64,000 nt of DNA from Phycisphaerae bacterium (GTDB taxonomy: Bacteria; Planctomycetota; Phycisphaerae; Sedimentisphaerales; UBA12454). Both the position numbers and the translations under genes were made by a program. The notes beneath the pieces are model-generated. The model did not search any database, was not told the origin of the DNA, and saw only the letters and a list, made by a program, of their open reading frames with translations. The stretch lies in assembly GCA_041652575.1 (NCBI GenBank), contig JBAZHC010000008.1, positions 46,022-110,021 on the forward strand. The letters run 5' to 3'. Of the stretch, positions 21,742 to 30,300 are shown one piece after another; position 1 is the first letter of the stretch, and the number at the start of each line of letters is the position of its first letter.

Positions 21742-21882
21742 TCAATCCGAATCTTTTTTACTTCTCCGTTCGCCGTCGCGTCGCTCAGGCCCGTTATAGC
21801 CAAAGGCAAATTTTCTACGGTCCGAACCTTTACGTTTTTCAGAGTCCCCCTGCTTGTCCTGTTTATTCTTATCAGATGACAT
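21742..21882 (-). CDS. Unannotated 46-aa Arg-rich microprotein with YxGPERR motif
   Basis: Manually translated MSSDKNKQDKQGDSEKRKGSDRRKFAFGYNGPERRDGERRSKKDSD*, with AGGA-TAGAGATT-ATG upstream. It fills the 230-bp gap after the pseudouridine synthase gene. Confidence 0.65.
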   Translation of the reverse strand: MSSDKNKQDKQGDSEKRKGSDRRKFAFGYNGPERRDGERRSKKDSD

Positions 21883-21943
21883 AATCTCTATCCTTTCGCC
21901 TTTTTATTTTATATGTCATATATTTCGACACAAACAGGCCGTT

Positions 21944-22702
21944 TCAATGAGTTTTTCGCCGTTTCGCCTCTGAATTTAGACTTTCAGGCCGGTCTTCCTT
22001 TTTAAGATAATTAACTTCCGCAGCCGTAAGCGGCCTGTAATCGCCCAGAGCCAGACGTTCGAGAGAAATTTTGCCGATATGAGTTCTCTTAATCGATGTT
22101 ACTTTGTAGCCGAATTTGGCCATAATTCTCTGAATCTGCCTGTTAAGACTCTGCCGGACTTTTATTTCGAGCAGCGACTGTTTTTCCGAGGCCTTGAGAA
22201 TCTTCAGCTTTGCAAGCATAGATTTGCCTTCCGCCAGCCAGACGCCCTTTTTGAGCTTTTCTATCGCATCCGGCATTATTCTGCCCTTTATTTCCACTAA
22301 ATAGGTTTTTTCAATACCATATCGTGGATGCGTAAGAAGGTTGGCAAGAGCAGAATCATTGGTCAGGATTATCGCCCCTGCAGTATCGGTATCGAGTCTG
22401 CCGACACAGAAAATTCTCTGGTCGCCGCCGATTAAATCGACTGCTTTTCTTCTGCCCGCAGGGTCATAATTTGTGCAGATAACGCTTTTGGGTTTATTTA
22501 GCAGATAATAAACCTTTTTAGCAAAACGCAGTTTTCTGCCTTCAACGGTAATAATATCTTTGTCGGTATCCGCAAAGGCCGGCAAAGTATCAACAGTCCT
22601 GCCGTTGACCTTTACCAGCCCTTCGAGGATAATTTGCTCACATTTCCTGCGCGAATCAATGCCTGCCGCGGCAAGTATCTTATGCAATCGTTCTTTAGTC
22701 AT
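21944..22702 (-). CDS. rRNA pseudouridine synthase (RsuA/RluB family)
   Basis: S4 domain (ERLHKILAAAGIDSRRKCE), LLNKP, VGRLDTDT (catalytic Asp), LLTHPRYGIEKTY. Confidence 0.92.
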   Translation of the reverse strand: MTKERLHKILAAAGIDSRRKCEQIILEGLVKVNGRTVDTLPAFADTDKDIITVEGRKLRFAKKVYYLLNKPKSVICTNYDPAGRRKAVDLIGGDQRIFCVGRLDTDTAGAIILTNDSALANLLTHPRYGIEKTYLVEIKGRIMPDAIEKLKKGVWLAEGKSMLAKLKILKASEKQSLLEIKVRQSLNRQIQRIMAKFGYKVTSIKRTHIGKISLERLALGDYRPLTAAEVNYLKKEDRPESLNSEAKRRKTH

Positions 22703-22713
22703 AGTTGAATTTT

Positions 22714-23394
22714 CTAAGAGTATTTTTTCCTTAATTCTTCAAGAAATTTTGCCGCAGTATCTTTTCCGCCTAATCCGAACGCAAGAGCCAAAGCAAGTAC
22801 AATACCGCCAAGGATAATATTAAAGGTAGCCGATACCAACAGCGGTGCGATACCGAGCTGTTCCAGTGAAATAGTTATCGCAAAGATTATAATAGTCCAT
22901 CGGCTTATACCGGCAAGCAGTTCCGGTTTGGGTAATTTGGCATTGCCCGCGGCCGTGCGAACTATTCCAGATACAAAGCTGGCCAAAAACATCGCGACTA
23001 TCAGAACAAGCAGAGCCGCTATGACCTTCGGGACATAAGCAAACAAGCTTGAAAGAATATCGGAAGCTTTCGGCAGTCCCAGTGCATCGACCGTCATCAC
23101 TAAAACCATAATAATAATCAGCCAGTAAACTATGTTGTCTACAACCTCTCTGGCGGAAATTTCTAAATTCCCTTTCTTAAGAATCTCTGCTATGCCCGCT
23201 TTGTCTGCCAGCGTATCGAACCTTATCGCCTTAAGCAGCCAGTCAACCAATCGTCTGATTGCCTTGGCCACAATCCAGCCTACTATCAGGATTATCAACG
23301 CACCCAGCAGGACAGGAAGATATGCCAGTATTCTGCTCAACATTTGGCGAACCGGCTCTACAATTAGATTGTTCCATTCAATTACAGATAACAT
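22714..23394 (-). CDS. Membrane protein with conserved TM-helix repeats (CmpX / MscS-associated)
   Basis: Repeated YLPVLLGALIILIVGW / YVPKVIAALLVLIVA units, ALAFGLGG C-terminus. GGAGG 8 nt before ATG 23394. Confidence 0.8.
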   Translation of the reverse strand: MLSVIEWNNLIVEPVRQMLSRILAYLPVLLGALIILIVGWIVAKAIRRLVDWLLKAIRFDTLADKAGIAEILKKGNLEISAREVVDNIVYWLIIIMVLVMTVDALGLPKASDILSSLFAYVPKVIAALLVLIVAMFLASFVSGIVRTAAGNAKLPKPELLAGISRWTIIIFAITISLEQLGIAPLLVSATFNIILGGIVLALALAFGLGGKDTAAKFLEELRKKYS

Positions 23395-23630
23395 TTTATG
23401 TACCTCCACAAATTGTTAATACGGAACACTTGCCCTTATATCTTTCAACCCCTTCTTACTCTTCCCGGAAAAATCAGGATGTTTACGTAATATACGAACA
23501 TACGAAAGCTGATATGTCAACTCTATTTCCGGCCATCTGTGGAGGTTGCCGGAAATCCGGCTTAACATAACTATCCCACCTGAAAGATAGTTATGTTTCA
23601 ATGACTTTGAGAATTTAGGCAAGTTTTTAG

Positions 23631-23659
23631 TTGACTAAACAAGGATTTTTGCCGATAAT
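23631..23659 (+). promoter_or_regulatory. Probable sigma70 promoter
   Basis: TTGACT, 17-nt spacer, GATAAT, upstream of the 23727 gene. Confidence 0.5.
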
Positions 23660-23726
23660 TACTATACAGTTTTTGTGTATAAGTACCGAATTTAACTGAA
23701 CTAATATCCATTTCAGGAGATATTAA

Positions 23727-25169
23727 ATGGCAGCTGCTCGTCAGGAACAGGGTAATGTAATGCTTTATACAGCTATTACCTTTGTCGGATTATTCGTTAT
23801 TTCCGCGATTTTAGCGGTTATTTTCTATATCAAATCCGAAGACTGGCGGAACCAATTTGTCACAAGCCAGCAGCAGATGGAAGAGTTTGCCACAACACCG
23901 GAGGTTCAAAATCAAGGTACCATCATCGGCCAGAAAGACCGTCAGACCAGCCGGGTTAAACAACTGATTGGCTATCTCGACACATTGTATAAAATATCTA
24001 CCGGCAGTGAACCGCAGGAGACAAGCGCAGAAGTAAAGTTCGGCGAGCTTGAAACAAAATACAAGGATATCGTCGCGGCCCTTCCAAAAGACTTTGTTAT
24101 TATCGCAGAAGCTAATGACACCAACGGGCCGGGCATCTTCAGAATAGTCGAAATGTATAATAATAAACTCAACCAGAAAGATGAGCTTATCAGTCAGTTA
24201 CATACCCAGCTCAATGATCTCGGCAGTGAATTTGATACGGCCAAAAATGGCGCAGCGGAAAGAGAAGCCCAACTGCTTGTGCAGCTCCGTACCATACGCC
24301 AGGACGCCAACAGCGTTCAGCAGAGCTATAATCAGCTTCGTGACCTTATGGACAAGAAAGCCACCGAACAGGTACAGGCGCTTATGCAGCAGCGGGACGA
24401 GGCGATAACGGAAAAGAACAAAACCAGACAGGAACTGCTCGAAACAATGAGCAAGCTGAGCATTACGCAAAACAGGCTGCAGGATTCTCTTGAAAAACTG
24501 GATGTATTAAAACCCCGGCCCAAGGAAGATATTGCCGCTTACAAGCCGGACGGACATATTATCTCAATCGATATAGCTTCAAATATTGTCTTTATAGACA
24601 TCGGCAGCAACGCGAGGATTTATCCCGGACTGACTTTCTCCGTATATGACAGAAACGCACCAATCCCGACAGACGGCACAAGCAAAGCTGAAATAGAAGT
24701 ATTCAACGTGGACAAAAATACCGCGATGGCAAGGATAAACAGGTCGAGCAAAAAAAATCCTATCTCCGAAGGCGATATAATTATCAATCTAATCTGGGAC
24801 AGCACTGCTGTTAACAGTTTTGTCGTCGCGGGAGATTTCGATTTTGACGGCAACAGTGAAATCGACTCTGACGGCGCAACAAAAGTCAAACAGCTTATCG
24901 AAAACTGGGGCGGAAAAGTCGAAGACACCGTAACTATCGATACAGACTTCGTCATACTCGGCAACCAGCCGCAAGTGAAGAAAAAACCCACCCTCGACGA
25001 AATAGAACTCGACCCGCTGGCTACTGAAAAATATGAAGCGTCACTGAAAGCATCGGAAAAGTATCAGGAAGTTAAAACTCAGGCAAAAGACCTGTTTATT
25101 CCTATTTTCAACCTGAAAAGATTCCTGAACTTTATCGGATACGAATCTCTGGCCACAGGCAAAAAGTAA
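23727..25169 (+). CDS. Membrane-anchored coiled-coil protein with beta-rich domain and C-terminal BRCT-like domain
   Basis: Single N-terminal TM, long Q/E/K-rich helical region, VFIDIG...GLTFSVY beta domain, WGGKVEDTVTIDTDFVILG BRCT-like segment. Confidence 0.7.
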   Translation: MAAARQEQGNVMLYTAITFVGLFVISAILAVIFYIKSEDWRNQFVTSQQQMEEFATTPEVQNQGTIIGQKDRQTSRVKQLIGYLDTLYKISTGSEPQETSAEVKFGELETKYKDIVAALPKDFVIIAEANDTNGPGIFRIVEMYNNKLNQKDELISQLHTQLNDLGSEFDTAKNGAAEREAQLLVQLRTIRQDANSVQQSYNQLRDLMDKKATEQVQALMQQRDEAITEKNKTRQELLETMSKLSITQNRLQDSLEKLDVLKPRPKEDIAAYKPDGHIISIDIASNIVFIDIGSNARIYPGLTFSVYDRNAPIPTDGTSKAEIEVFNVDKNTAMARINRSSKKNPISEGDIIINLIWDSTAVNSFVVAGDFDFDGNSEIDSDGATKVKQLIENWGGKVEDTVTIDTDFVILGNQPQVKKKPTLDEIELDPLATEKYEASLKASEKYQEVKTQAKDLFIPIFNLKRFLNFIGYESLATGKK

Positions 25170-25185
25170 AAGGGCAAAAGAACTA

Positions 25186-25887
25186 TCAAGTGATTTGCTC
25201 CTGCGGCTCAATGCCGATTGAGGCAACGTAAACTTCGCCTGTATATCCAGCCGAGAGCAGGTTCTTGAGACCTTTTTTCGCTGCCGCAAATGTAACCGTC
25301 GCGATTGCCTTTATCGCAGTGCTTAAAGCCTCTCCCGTATCACAGTCAAGACCCGAAGGAATATCAACCGCTATAACCGGTTTATTAAGTGAATTTATCG
25401 AATCGATAAGTTCGGCGAATCCGCCGGCAAGTTCGCCTGTCAAACCTGTTCCGAAAATAGCGTCTATAATCAAATCGCAATCACAAGCGGTAGTTTCAAT
25501 ATCCTTTTTAATATTCGCTGAGGCAGCCTCAAGGCTTTTAACCGTAATTCCCATATTGCAGACAATTTTATAATTTATCTCGGCATCGCCTTTTATTTTC
25601 GACGCCGGCCCGCAAAGACCAATAACCACATTGAAACCAGCATTTTTCAAATGCCGGGCGATTACAAAGCCGTCTCCGCCATTGTTGCCTGTACCGCAAA
25701 AAACGCAGACTTTCGAGCTTTTTCGTTTTTCCAGCTCCGCGATAACAATTCCGCTGCAGCCTCTGCCGGCATTCTCCATAAGCACAACACCGGGCACACC
25801 GGCGGTGTTTATCGCCCAGGCATCAAAATCGCGAACCTGCTGCCGGGTCAAAACCAAATCATTCTGTTTGTCAAATTTCCTTATCAT
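25186..25887 (-). CDS. nnrE: NAD(P)H-hydrate epimerase (YjeF N-terminal domain, stand-alone)
   Basis: LMENAG, CGTGNNGGDG, IIDAIFGTG, AVDIPSG, ATVTF. Start moved to 25887 to avoid overlapping the divergent surE. Confidence 0.92.
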   Translation of the reverse strand: MIRKFDKQNDLVLTRQQVRDFDAWAINTAGVPGVVLMENAGRGCSGIVIAELEKRKSSKVCVFCGTGNNGGDGFVIARHLKNAGFNVVIGLCGPASKIKGDAEINYKIVCNMGITVKSLEAASANIKKDIETTACDCDLIIDAIFGTGLTGELAGGFAELIDSINSLNKPVIAVDIPSGLDCDTGEALSTAIKAIATVTFAAAKKGLKNLLSAGYTGEVYVASIGIEPQEQIT

Positions 25888-25972
25888 ATTATCGATTATA
25901 CCCCTGCTGTACGGAGCGTCAATAAATTGATTTATTGTTGAATATTTGAAGTTTGGCGTTACCATTACAGCT

Positions 25973-26719
25973 ATGAATATCCTGTTGACAAATGACGATG
26001 GAATCCTGGCTCCGGGAATAGCGGCGGCCTATAAAGAGCTTATCAAACTCGGCGATGTAACCGTTGTAGCCCCGTCCGACAGGATGAGCGGCGCAGGGCA
26101 CAGCATTACGGTATTTGAGCCGCTGGCCTGCGAAAAAATAAACATCGAAGACAAATTCAGCGGATACAGCGTAAGCGGCTCGCCGGCAGATTGCGTCAAG
26201 CTCGCTATTATGGAACTATGCCCGAAAAAACCTGACCTTGTCGTCAGCGGAATAAATCACGGCGCAAACGTCGGCATTAATGTCTATTATTCCGGCACGG
26301 TTGCCGCCGCGATGGAAGCGGCGTTTTACAGAATACCGGCTATCGCGTTAAGCGCAGCTCATGAAGAGCCTATAGATTTCAAAAATGCCGCTAAATATTG
26401 CGTCACGGTAATGAATAAACTGCTGCCGGTCAGTTATCCCGGCGTGATAAATATTAATATTCCACGTCTTTCACAGGGCAAGCCGAAAGGCATAAAAATC
26501 GTGCCGCAGTCAACGATGGGTTTTGACGAACACTTTGTAAAACAAAAAAACGATACGGGGCAAACACTATATCAGCTTGCCGGCGGGACTCATCGCGATA
26601 AGGACCTGCCCAGCGATACCCTCGCATTGGATGATGGCTTCATAACCGTTACGGCTCTGGGCTTTGATATGACAGATTATGATGGCATGAAAAAACTTAA
26701 CGAGAAAAACCTGAAGTGA
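25973..26719 (+). CDS. surE: 5'/3'-nucleotidase SurE
   Basis: MNILLTNDDG, SGAGHS, GSPADCV, SGINHGANVG, YSGTVAAAMEA. Confidence 0.96.
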   Translation: MNILLTNDDGILAPGIAAAYKELIKLGDVTVVAPSDRMSGAGHSITVFEPLACEKINIEDKFSGYSVSGSPADCVKLAIMELCPKKPDLVVSGINHGANVGINVYYSGTVAAAMEAAFYRIPAIALSAAHEEPIDFKNAAKYCVTVMNKLLPVSYPGVININIPRLSQGKPKGIKIVPQSTMGFDEHFVKQKNDTGQTLYQLAGGTHRDKDLPSDTLALDDGFITVTALGFDMTDYDGMKKLNEKNLK

Positions 26720-26734
26720 TTTAAGGAAAAAATA

Positions 26735-27025
26735 ATGGCTGCAAAAAAACAATCCCAGATTTGTATAATAACCGTTACCGGCAAAGACAGAGTCGGTATC
26801 ATCGCCAAACTCGCCAACGCTATGGCAAACGCGAATATCAATATCGTCGATGTAAATCAGAAAATTATGGAAAATTACTTCGTTATGACCATGGCCGTCG
26901 ATATCGCAAAGGCGGCAATAACTATTCCGCAAATTCACAGGAAACTGGACAAAATCGGCGAGGAAATGAAGCTTAAAATCACCTTTCAGGATGAAAAAAT
27001 CTTCAAAATGATGCATCGCATCTAA
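26735..27025 (+). CDS. ACT domain protein (UPF0237-like)
   Basis: ITVTGKDRVGIIA, NIVDVNQ, C-terminal IFKMMHRI. Confidence 0.88.
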   Translation: MAAKKQSQICIITVTGKDRVGIIAKLANAMANANINIVDVNQKIMENYFVMTMAVDIAKAAITIPQIHRKLDKIGEEMKLKITFQDEKIFKMMHRI

Positions 27026-27120
27026 TCTTCTTGCAAAACAGGCCTTTGGGCTGTAAAGTAAGCTTTGAAACAGGGTTTCAGATTAGACTGTTTTCGTAAC
27101 ATAATACCAGAAATAGAGTT

Positions 27121-27194
27121 GCGTCCGTAGCTCAATTGGATAGAGTGCCGGCCTACGAAGCCGAAGGTTACAGGTTCGACTCCTGTCGGACGCA
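27121..27194 (+). tRNA. tRNA-Arg (anticodon ACG)
   Basis: Acceptor stem GCGTCCG/CGGACGC, D arm GCTC-AATTGGATA-GAGT, anticodon loop CTACGAA, T arm ACAGG-TTCGACT-CCTGT; CCA not encoded. Confidence 0.97.
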
Positions 27195-27199
27195 TTGTT

Positions 27200-27278
27200 C
27201 TTAGCCACAAAGGCACTAAGACACTAAATTTTTATTTATATTTTTTTTACTTTGTGCCTTTGTGTCTTAGTGGCTAAG
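27200..27278. repeat. Inverted octamer-array element (copy 1, complete)
   Basis: CTTAG CCACAAAG GCACTAAG ACACTAAA, T-rich spacer, CTTTGTGC CTTTGTGT CTTAGTGG CTAAG. Perfect 9-bp terminal IR CTTAGCCAC/GTGGCTAAG. Confidence 0.9.
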
Positions 27279-27294
27279 TTTTTAAGGAAAAACC

Positions 27295-28296
27295 ATGGAA
27301 ACGAAAAAAGATTTCTCAGAACAGATACTTGAAAAAGCGACATCCCTTTTCAAGCACATCGTTCTGCCGGAAGGCGGAGACACAAGAACAATAGAAGCAG
27401 CAAAAAAAATCGCCGACAGGAAAATGGCGAAAATTACCATTCTCGGCGATGAAAAACAAATCGGCGATGTGCTTAAAAGTATGGGGGCAAAAACAAACGA
27501 CATCACAATCATCAATCCAAAAACCAGCAGCAAATTAAAAGACTACGCTGAACAATTTTATCAGCTTCGCAAAAATAAAGGCGTTACGCCGGAAGCAGCC
27601 CTCGAAACAGTAAAAGACGAAGTCTATTTCGGGACAATGATGGTCAAAACCGATGAAGTTGACGGCCTCGTATCCGGTGCGGTACATTCGACACCTGATA
27701 CCGTCCGCCCCGCTCTGCAAATCATTAAAGCTGCCAAAGGTATCGCGACGGTTTCGAGTATGTTCTTTATGACAAACAGCAAAATGACAATTCTATTTGC
27801 AGACTCCGGCCTGAATCAGGACCCTGACGCCGAACAGTTGGCAGATATCGCCATTACAACGGCAAGGACCGCGAAACAGTTCGGAATCGTTCCGAGAATC
27901 GCGATGCTCTCATATTCTACAAAAGGCTCCGCAAAAGGCACAGGCCCGGACAAAATGATAAAGGCAACTGAACTTGCTAAAGCCAAACTTGCCAGTGGGT
28001 TTGACGGCGAATATCAAATCGACGGCGAACTGCAATTCGATTCAGCCTTTGTGCCGAAAGTCGCAGCGAAAAAATGCCCGGACAGTCCCATTAAAGGCCA
28101 GGCCAATGTGTTTATATTCCCGGATTTGGGAGCAGGCAATATCTGTTACAAAATGACGGAAAGACTTGCCGGCCTGAACGCTTACGGCCCAATTTTGCAG
28201 GGAATCGCAAAGCCGGTTAACGATTTATCCCGCGGCTGCAACAGCGATGATATCGTCGCAGCGGCAGCGATAACGGCCATCCAAACCTTAGGATAG
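27295..28296 (+). CDS. pta: Phosphate acetyltransferase
   Basis: IVLPEG, DGLVSGAVHST, RPALQII, FADSG, AMLSYSTKGS, IDGELQFD, FIFPDLGAGNICYK, GPILQG, VNDLSRG. Confidence 0.96.
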   Translation: METKKDFSEQILEKATSLFKHIVLPEGGDTRTIEAAKKIADRKMAKITILGDEKQIGDVLKSMGAKTNDITIINPKTSSKLKDYAEQFYQLRKNKGVTPEAALETVKDEVYFGTMMVKTDEVDGLVSGAVHSTPDTVRPALQIIKAAKGIATVSSMFFMTNSKMTILFADSGLNQDPDAEQLADIAITTARTAKQFGIVPRIAMLSYSTKGSAKGTGPDKMIKATELAKAKLASGFDGEYQIDGELQFDSAFVPKVAAKKCPDSPIKGQANVFIFPDLGAGNICYKMTERLAGLNAYGPILQGIAKPVNDLSRGCNSDDIVAAAAITAIQTLG

Positions 28297-28306
28297 TCTT
28301 TTTATA

Positions 28307-28456
28307 AATCGCTGATTACACGGATTATGCCAAAATAGGAAGCAAAGAAATGAGGAAACAAGGATGCAAGGACCAGTTTCGACCGTTTTCCTTACTTCTA
28401 TACCTCTTTACTTCCTTACTTCATTTTAATCAATGGAATCAGCGTAATCTGTGATT
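28307..28456. repeat. Nested inverted repeat element: nonamer arms outside, octamer arms inside
   Basis: Outer arms AATCGCTGATTACACGGATT (28307-28326) and AATCAATGG AATCAGCGT AATCTGTGA (28428-28454). Inner arms are purine-rich GNAAGGAA-like units (28337-28372) and TTCCTTAC-like units (28388-28422). Confidence 0.85.
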
Positions 28457-28461
28457 AAAAT

Positions 28462-28842
28462 ATGACTCAACAAAAAAGATTTGTTGTTCAAAAGCATACC
28501 AAAGGTAGCGATATACATTGGGATTTGATGATTGAGGATGGCGATAAACTCAAAACCTGGCGGTTGGAAAACCCGCCTGAAAAATTATCAACAGAAAAAA
28601 CCAAAGCAACCCCAATTGACGACCACGACAAAAAATTCCTCACCTATCAGGGCCCTGTCAACAATGGCACAGGAACCGTTGAAATAGTCGATGAAGGATT
28701 TTGCATAATCGAATCTACAAGTGAAAATGAAATGAATATAAATTTTGACGGTAAAAAGCTGAAAAATAAATTTAGACTTTTCTGTCTGACGAATATTTGG
28801 TTCTTTGAGTCAATAACTACTTCGACTTCAAATACTCGTTAA
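28462..28842 (+). CDS. DNA ligase D 3'-phosphoesterase domain protein (stand-alone)
   Basis: FVVQKH, HWDLMIE, LKTWRL, DDHDKKFLTYQG, GTGTVEIVDEG. Confidence 0.88.
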   Translation: MTQQKRFVVQKHTKGSDIHWDLMIEDGDKLKTWRLENPPEKLSTEKTKATPIDDHDKKFLTYQGPVNNGTGTVEIVDEGFCIIESTSENEMNINFDGKKLKNKFRLFCLTNIWFFESITTSTSNTR

Positions 28843-30289
28843 TCGCGGCGGCGGCGGTTCGACCCTGGCCCATAGCTAAAATTACTGTTGCGGCGCCTAA
28901 AACAATATCTCCGCCGGCGTAAACGCCCTCAAGCGAAGTTTTGCAGTTTTCATCAACTATTATATTACCCCACTTGTTCAGCGTCAGTCCGTCTGTTGTC
29001 TGGCCGATTAACGGATTTGCACCGTTGCCGATAGCGACAACCACGGTATCTACATCAATTATAAATTCAGAACCTTCAATCGGAACAGGTCTGCGTCTGC
29101 CTGATGCATCGGGTTCGCCAAGCTCGAATTTCAAACATTCTATTGCCGTTACTACGCCCTCTGCGTTGCCGATAATTTTTTTCGGATTGCGTAAAAGATG
29201 GAATTCAATTCCCTCTTCTTTTGCGTGGTGTACTTCCTCGACTCTTGCAGGCATTTCTTTTTCGCTTCTGCGGTAAACAAGATAGACCTTTTCAGCGCCG
29301 AGCCTTACAGCCGTTCTGGCCGAATCCATCGCGACGTTCCCGCCGCCGACGACCGCGACGCGTTTCGACATTGCGATTGGCGTATCGGCTCCTTTGCCGA
29401 AATCATAAGCACGCATAAGATTCGCTCTTGTCAGATATTCATTGGCGCTGTAAACGCCGACAAGGTGCTCGCCTTCAATGCCCATAAACATCGGCAGTCC
29501 CGCTCCGACGCCGACATAAACGGCATCGAAACCATCTTCTTCAATAAGCTGTTTTATGGTTTTTGTTCTGCCGACGACAAAATTGCGAACTATTTTAACG
29601 CCCATTTTTTCAAGCGTATCTATTTCTTCCTGCACAATCGCCTTTGGCAGACGAAATTCCGGAATGCCGTAAACCATCACGCCGCCGGTCTTGTGAAACG
29701 CCTCGAATACTGTTACATCGTGGCCTGCTCTGCGAACATCTGTAGCGACAACGATTCCGCCGGGGCCTGAACCGATGACGGCAACTTTTTTGCCTGTCGC
29801 CGCGGCAACTGCCGGGCTTGACTGGTCGTGCTGTTTTCTGCCCCAGTCTGAAACAAATCTTTCGAGCCTGCCGATAGAAACTGATTTTTCGACATCCTTG
29901 AATTTTTTGCCGACGGTGCACGGAAGCTGGCACTGAACTTCCTGCGGGCATACTCTTCCGCAAACGGCCGGAAGAAGAGAATTTTCCCTGATTATATCGA
30001 GAGCTTTTTGGAAATTGCCTTCGACTATTTCAGTGATGAACTCTTTTATCTTTATTCTTACCGGGCAGCCTTCGACGCAGGGAGCGTTTTTGCATTGCAG
30101 GCACCGCAGGGCTTCGAGACGAGCCTGGGTTTCTGTATATCCAAGCGCAACCTCGTTGACGTTCTTTCGCCGTTCTACTGAATCCTGCTGCGGCATCGGC
30201 TGGGGCGGGATATTGAACCTGTCGGATGGTTTTAATGTGCCGTCTTTATGTTTTTTCAAAAGCTCATCGAGTAATTGCTGCTGGTTCAA
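28817..30289 (-). CDS. nfnB: NfnB/SudA-type FAD Fe-S subunit (often annotated homotetrameric glutamate synthase small chain)
   Basis: EALRCLQCKNAPCVEGCP, GRVCPQEVQC, VIGSGPGG, YGIPEFRLP, VVGGGNVAMD, AGGDIVLGAATV; downstream of an nfnA-type gene; no gltB in the window. Confidence 0.85.
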   Translation of the reverse strand: MNQQQLLDELLKKHKDGTLKPSDRFNIPPQPMPQQDSVERRKNVNEVALGYTETQARLEALRCLQCKNAPCVEGCPVRIKIKEFITEIVEGNFQKALDIIRENSLLPAVCGRVCPQEVQCQLPCTVGKKFKDVEKSVSIGRLERFVSDWGRKQHDQSSPAVAAATGKKVAVIGSGPGGIVVATDVRRAGHDVTVFEAFHKTGGVMVYGIPEFRLPKAIVQEEIDTLEKMGVKIVRNFVVGRTKTIKQLIEEDGFDAVYVGVGAGLPMFMGIEGEHLVGVYSANEYLTRANLMRAYDFGKGADTPIAMSKRVAVVGGGNVAMDSARTAVRLGAEKVYLVYRRSEKEMPARVEEVHHAKEEGIEFHLLRNPKKIIGNAEGVVTAIECLKFELGEPDASGRRRPVPIEGSEFIIDVDTVVVAIGNGANPLIGQTTDGLTLNKWGNIIVDENCKTSLEGVYAGGDIVLGAATVILAMGQGRTAAAAINEYLKSK

Positions 30290-30300
30290 TTTATTATCCC

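Noticed and set aside
26735-27025. ACT protein without its usual DUF711/PFL-like partner
   Set aside because: The partner may lie elsewhere in the genome; uninformative from this window alone.
27022-27216. 64-aa minus-strand ORF
   Set aside because: It is the antisense reading of tRNA-Arg.
28817-30289. Glutamate synthase (GltD/GltA) function
   Set aside because: No large subunit nearby; pairing with a PyrK-like gene fits NfnAB/SudAB.
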